Assembly: GCA_041690295.1 (NCBI GenBank)
Contig: JAWLHR010000003.1
Coordinates: forward strand, 64,001 to 128,000
DNA length: 64,000 bases
Source of the DNA: Bdellovibrionales bacterium
GTDB lineage: Bacteria; Bdellovibrionota; Bdellovibrionia; Bdellovibrionales; UBA1609
Reading direction: 5' to 3'
This document shows, one piece after another, positions 62,025-64,000 of this stretch. Numbering within the stretch: the stretch's first letter is position 1; every line of letters starts with the position of its first letter. The position numbers and the translations under genes were made by a program. The notes below the pieces were generated by a model that ran no database searches, was not told where the DNA came from, and worked only from the letters and a program-made list of their open reading frames with translations.

Positions 62025-62081
62025 GCCGTTCCTTTTCAGGATGCATTACGTTAGTGATCGCTCAACTCGAGGAATCACCTG

Positions 62082-62963
62082 ATGGATTTAGTGGCCCTTG
62101 CCCCTCGTGAACTTGGCCATGTCTTGATCGATGAGCTCGGCGATCGAATTATTGAACAGCGAGATCGGCTTTTTTTAATCAAGGGCAAAGCGCGGCCACT
62201 TTTTTGCCAGAATCTTTGGCTGGAGCCGCGGATTTTTAAATTCAAATCCATATCAGAGGCCGCTAAGCACTTGAGATCCATTCAGCGCAATTGGTGGCTT
62301 CATTCCACGTCCCATCACCGGCGGGCCAAATTGATCGCCGAACAGCTGCCCGTGCTCAAACCAAAGCGACTGGATTTTCTCGCTCCCATTCCAAAATCGC
62401 CGCTGGGTTCCTGGACCTTGCTTGATAGCGAGACAATGTTGTACTCGACGGATTGTTCCAGCCCCTTCCCCGACGGCGAGATCGAGTTTAACGAGGATAA
62501 AGAGAATCCGCCGTCGCGAGCTTATTTGAAGTTATGGGAACTCTTCACAATAACAGGTGTTTATCCGAGGTCGGGGAGCCGGGTTGTTGACCTTGGGTCG
62601 TCGCCCGGTGGCTGGACTTGGGTCTTGGATGCGCTGGAGTGCCAGGTGATCAGCGTGGACAAAGCGCCACTTTCGCCACAGCTTAAGTTATCCAATCGGG
62701 TGGAGTATCGCGCGGAAAGCGCGTTTGCCATGGAACCTTTCGCGGTCGATTGGTTATTTTCCGACGTGATTTGTTATCCCGATCGTTTGTTGAAGCTGGT
62801 CCAAAGTTGGGAATCCGTGGCCGCAAATATGGTTTGTACGATCAAATTTCAAGGCCAAACTGATTTCAAGATCGTGAGTGAGTTTCTGAAAGTGCCGGGG
62901 TCCGGTGTCATTCATCTTTATAACAACAAACACGAACTGACCTGGTTCCGATTCAAAACCTAA
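62082..62963 (+). CDS. RlmM/FtsJ-like SAM-dependent RNA methyltransferase
   Basis: 'PPSRAYLKLWE', 'DLGSSPGGWT', 'WLFSDVI', 'TIKF'. Confidence 0.85.
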   Translation: MDLVALAPRELGHVLIDELGDRIIEQRDRLFLIKGKARPLFCQNLWLEPRIFKFKSISEAAKHLRSIQRNWWLHSTSHHRRAKLIAEQLPVLKPKRLDFLAPIPKSPLGSWTLLDSETMLYSTDCSSPFPDGEIEFNEDKENPPSRAYLKLWELFTITGVYPRSGSRVVDLGSSPGGWTWVLDALECQVISVDKAPLSPQLKLSNRVEYRAESAFAMEPFAVDWLFSDVICYPDRLLKLVQSWESVAANMVCTIKFQGQTDFKIVSEFLKVPGSGVIHLYNNKHELTWFRFKT

Positions 62964-64000
62964 ATGTTGTAGGCCCGAAGCGTGTTCATCGCGGACTTGA
63001 ATCCGGTACGAGTGATCGCCGTCAAGACTTTGGTATTGAGTGAAAAGTGATCGTAGAAAAAGAACTCGTAATCCTGGGGGCTGGGGTGGATGTAAATGTA
63101 ATCCACGTCGGGATTGAAGTTCGTGCGTTGAACTAAGATATCGACCAGTTTGGCGATATGTTCTTCGGCGATTTGTTTTTCTCGCATGTAACCCTGGACC
63201 GCTTTGATCATGGCCCGCACGTCGTGTTGATGTTTGATATGGGTTTCGATCTTCTTTTGCACCACCTGGTACAAAGCCTGGTTGAAGATGAGCGGCATTC
63301 CGTATTCGTGCAGAGAACCCATTTCTTCGGTGAAGTGATAGGGCTGGATTGAATAAGAGGCGATCACTAAATCCGCACCTTGGTCCGCGGCGATATGGGT
63401 GGAAAGCGTGTCGCGAATTTCTCCGTCAAAGTAGAATATCTCGCGGCCTTTTTGATTACGGATCCCATAAGGCGCGAAAAAGGGTGGAAGCGCGGCCGAG
63501 GCCGCCACCGCTTCGCTGATCTTGGCGTAATCAACGAATTTAACTTCGCGGGTTTTAATCGTTTCTTCAAACGGCCCGAAAATCGCTTTACGGGAATGAT
63601 TGAGTTGCGTCGCGACGATATAAAGTTCAGCCCCTAATTTCTTAAAATCATTCTCCGGCACGACGTAGGTCCGGATATATTTTTCGATATTCTTGGTGCT
63701 GAAGATACCATTGATCTTGAAGGCTTCTTTCAATGAAGCTTCAATGCCGCCGCTCACCGCCAGCCGGCGGCGAAACATCTTGGGCAAAAGTCGAGCTGGG
63801 TGTCCCGCGCCCAAATTCAACGCGAAGATATCACGATAGGAAAGTGGTTTCAGATAAGGATTATCGCTTTTGACACGAGTGAGTGCGCCGATTCCCGCGC
63901 CGCGCGTGAACGCTTCGATAATCGCATCGAGCGAGTGTCCGCTCGCTAGAAACGTCGCCACCACCGAGCCCGCACTGGACCCGACGTAAAGCCGGATGGT
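62960..64000 (-). CDS. Patatin-like phospholipase (5' part outside window)
   Basis: Frame is open to the window edge and reads TIRLYVGSSAGSVVA (GxSxG); 'AASAALPPFF' and 'FDGE'. Confidence 0.85.
   Translation of the reverse strand, partial: TIRLYVGSSAGSVVATFLASGHSLDAIIEAFTRGAGIGALTRVKSDNPYLKPLSYRDIFALNLGAGHPARLLPKMFRRRLAVSGGIEASLKEAFKINGIFSTKNIEKYIRTYVVPENDFKKLGAELYIVATQLNHSRKAIFGPFEETIKTREVKFVDYAKISEAVAASAALPPFFAPYGIRNQKGREIFYFDGEIRDTLSTHIAADQGADLVIASYSIQPYHFTEEMGSLHEYGMPLIFNQALYQVVQKKIETHIKHQHDVRAMIKAVQGYMREKQIAEEHIAKLVDILVQRTNFNPDVDYIYIHPSPQDYEFFFYDHFSLNTKVLTAITRTGFKSAMNTLRAYNI

Overview
Core-genome window spanning the replication origin of a bacterium that is most likely in the Bdellovibrionota. 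This is inferred from gene order: oriC between dnaA and dnaN, parAB-bactofilin-atpF'FHAGDC, a separate atpIBE cluster behind gyrA, and a membrane-arm-only nuo cluster. It holds fis, dnaB, rplI/DUF2232/rpsF, an FHA protein, a hydrolase, a secreted S8-CUB protease, sdhCAB, etfBA, three parvulin/SurA foldases, pdxA, pmm/pgm, dnaA-dnaN-recF-gyrB-gyrA, rpmH-rnpA-yidD-yidC-jag-mnmE-mnmG-rsmG, two perfect parS sites, nagZ, mfd, nuoAHJKLMN, an RlmM-like methyltransferase and a truncated patatin gene. I saw no rRNA, tRNA, CRISPR array, prophage or mobile element, and no clear-cut novel multi-gene system. The most notable signals are: an S6:S18-type RNA leader on an rpsF operon that lacks rpsR, with an unusual S6 tail; a probable CTG start for recF; a remote DnaA-box cluster about 22.5 kb from oriC; sigma28-like promoters on uncharacterised genes inserted among housekeeping operons, including a 598-aa pseudo-receiver protein; and candidate structured leaders before dnaB and the atp operon. 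All protein family calls come from motif recognition, not database searches.
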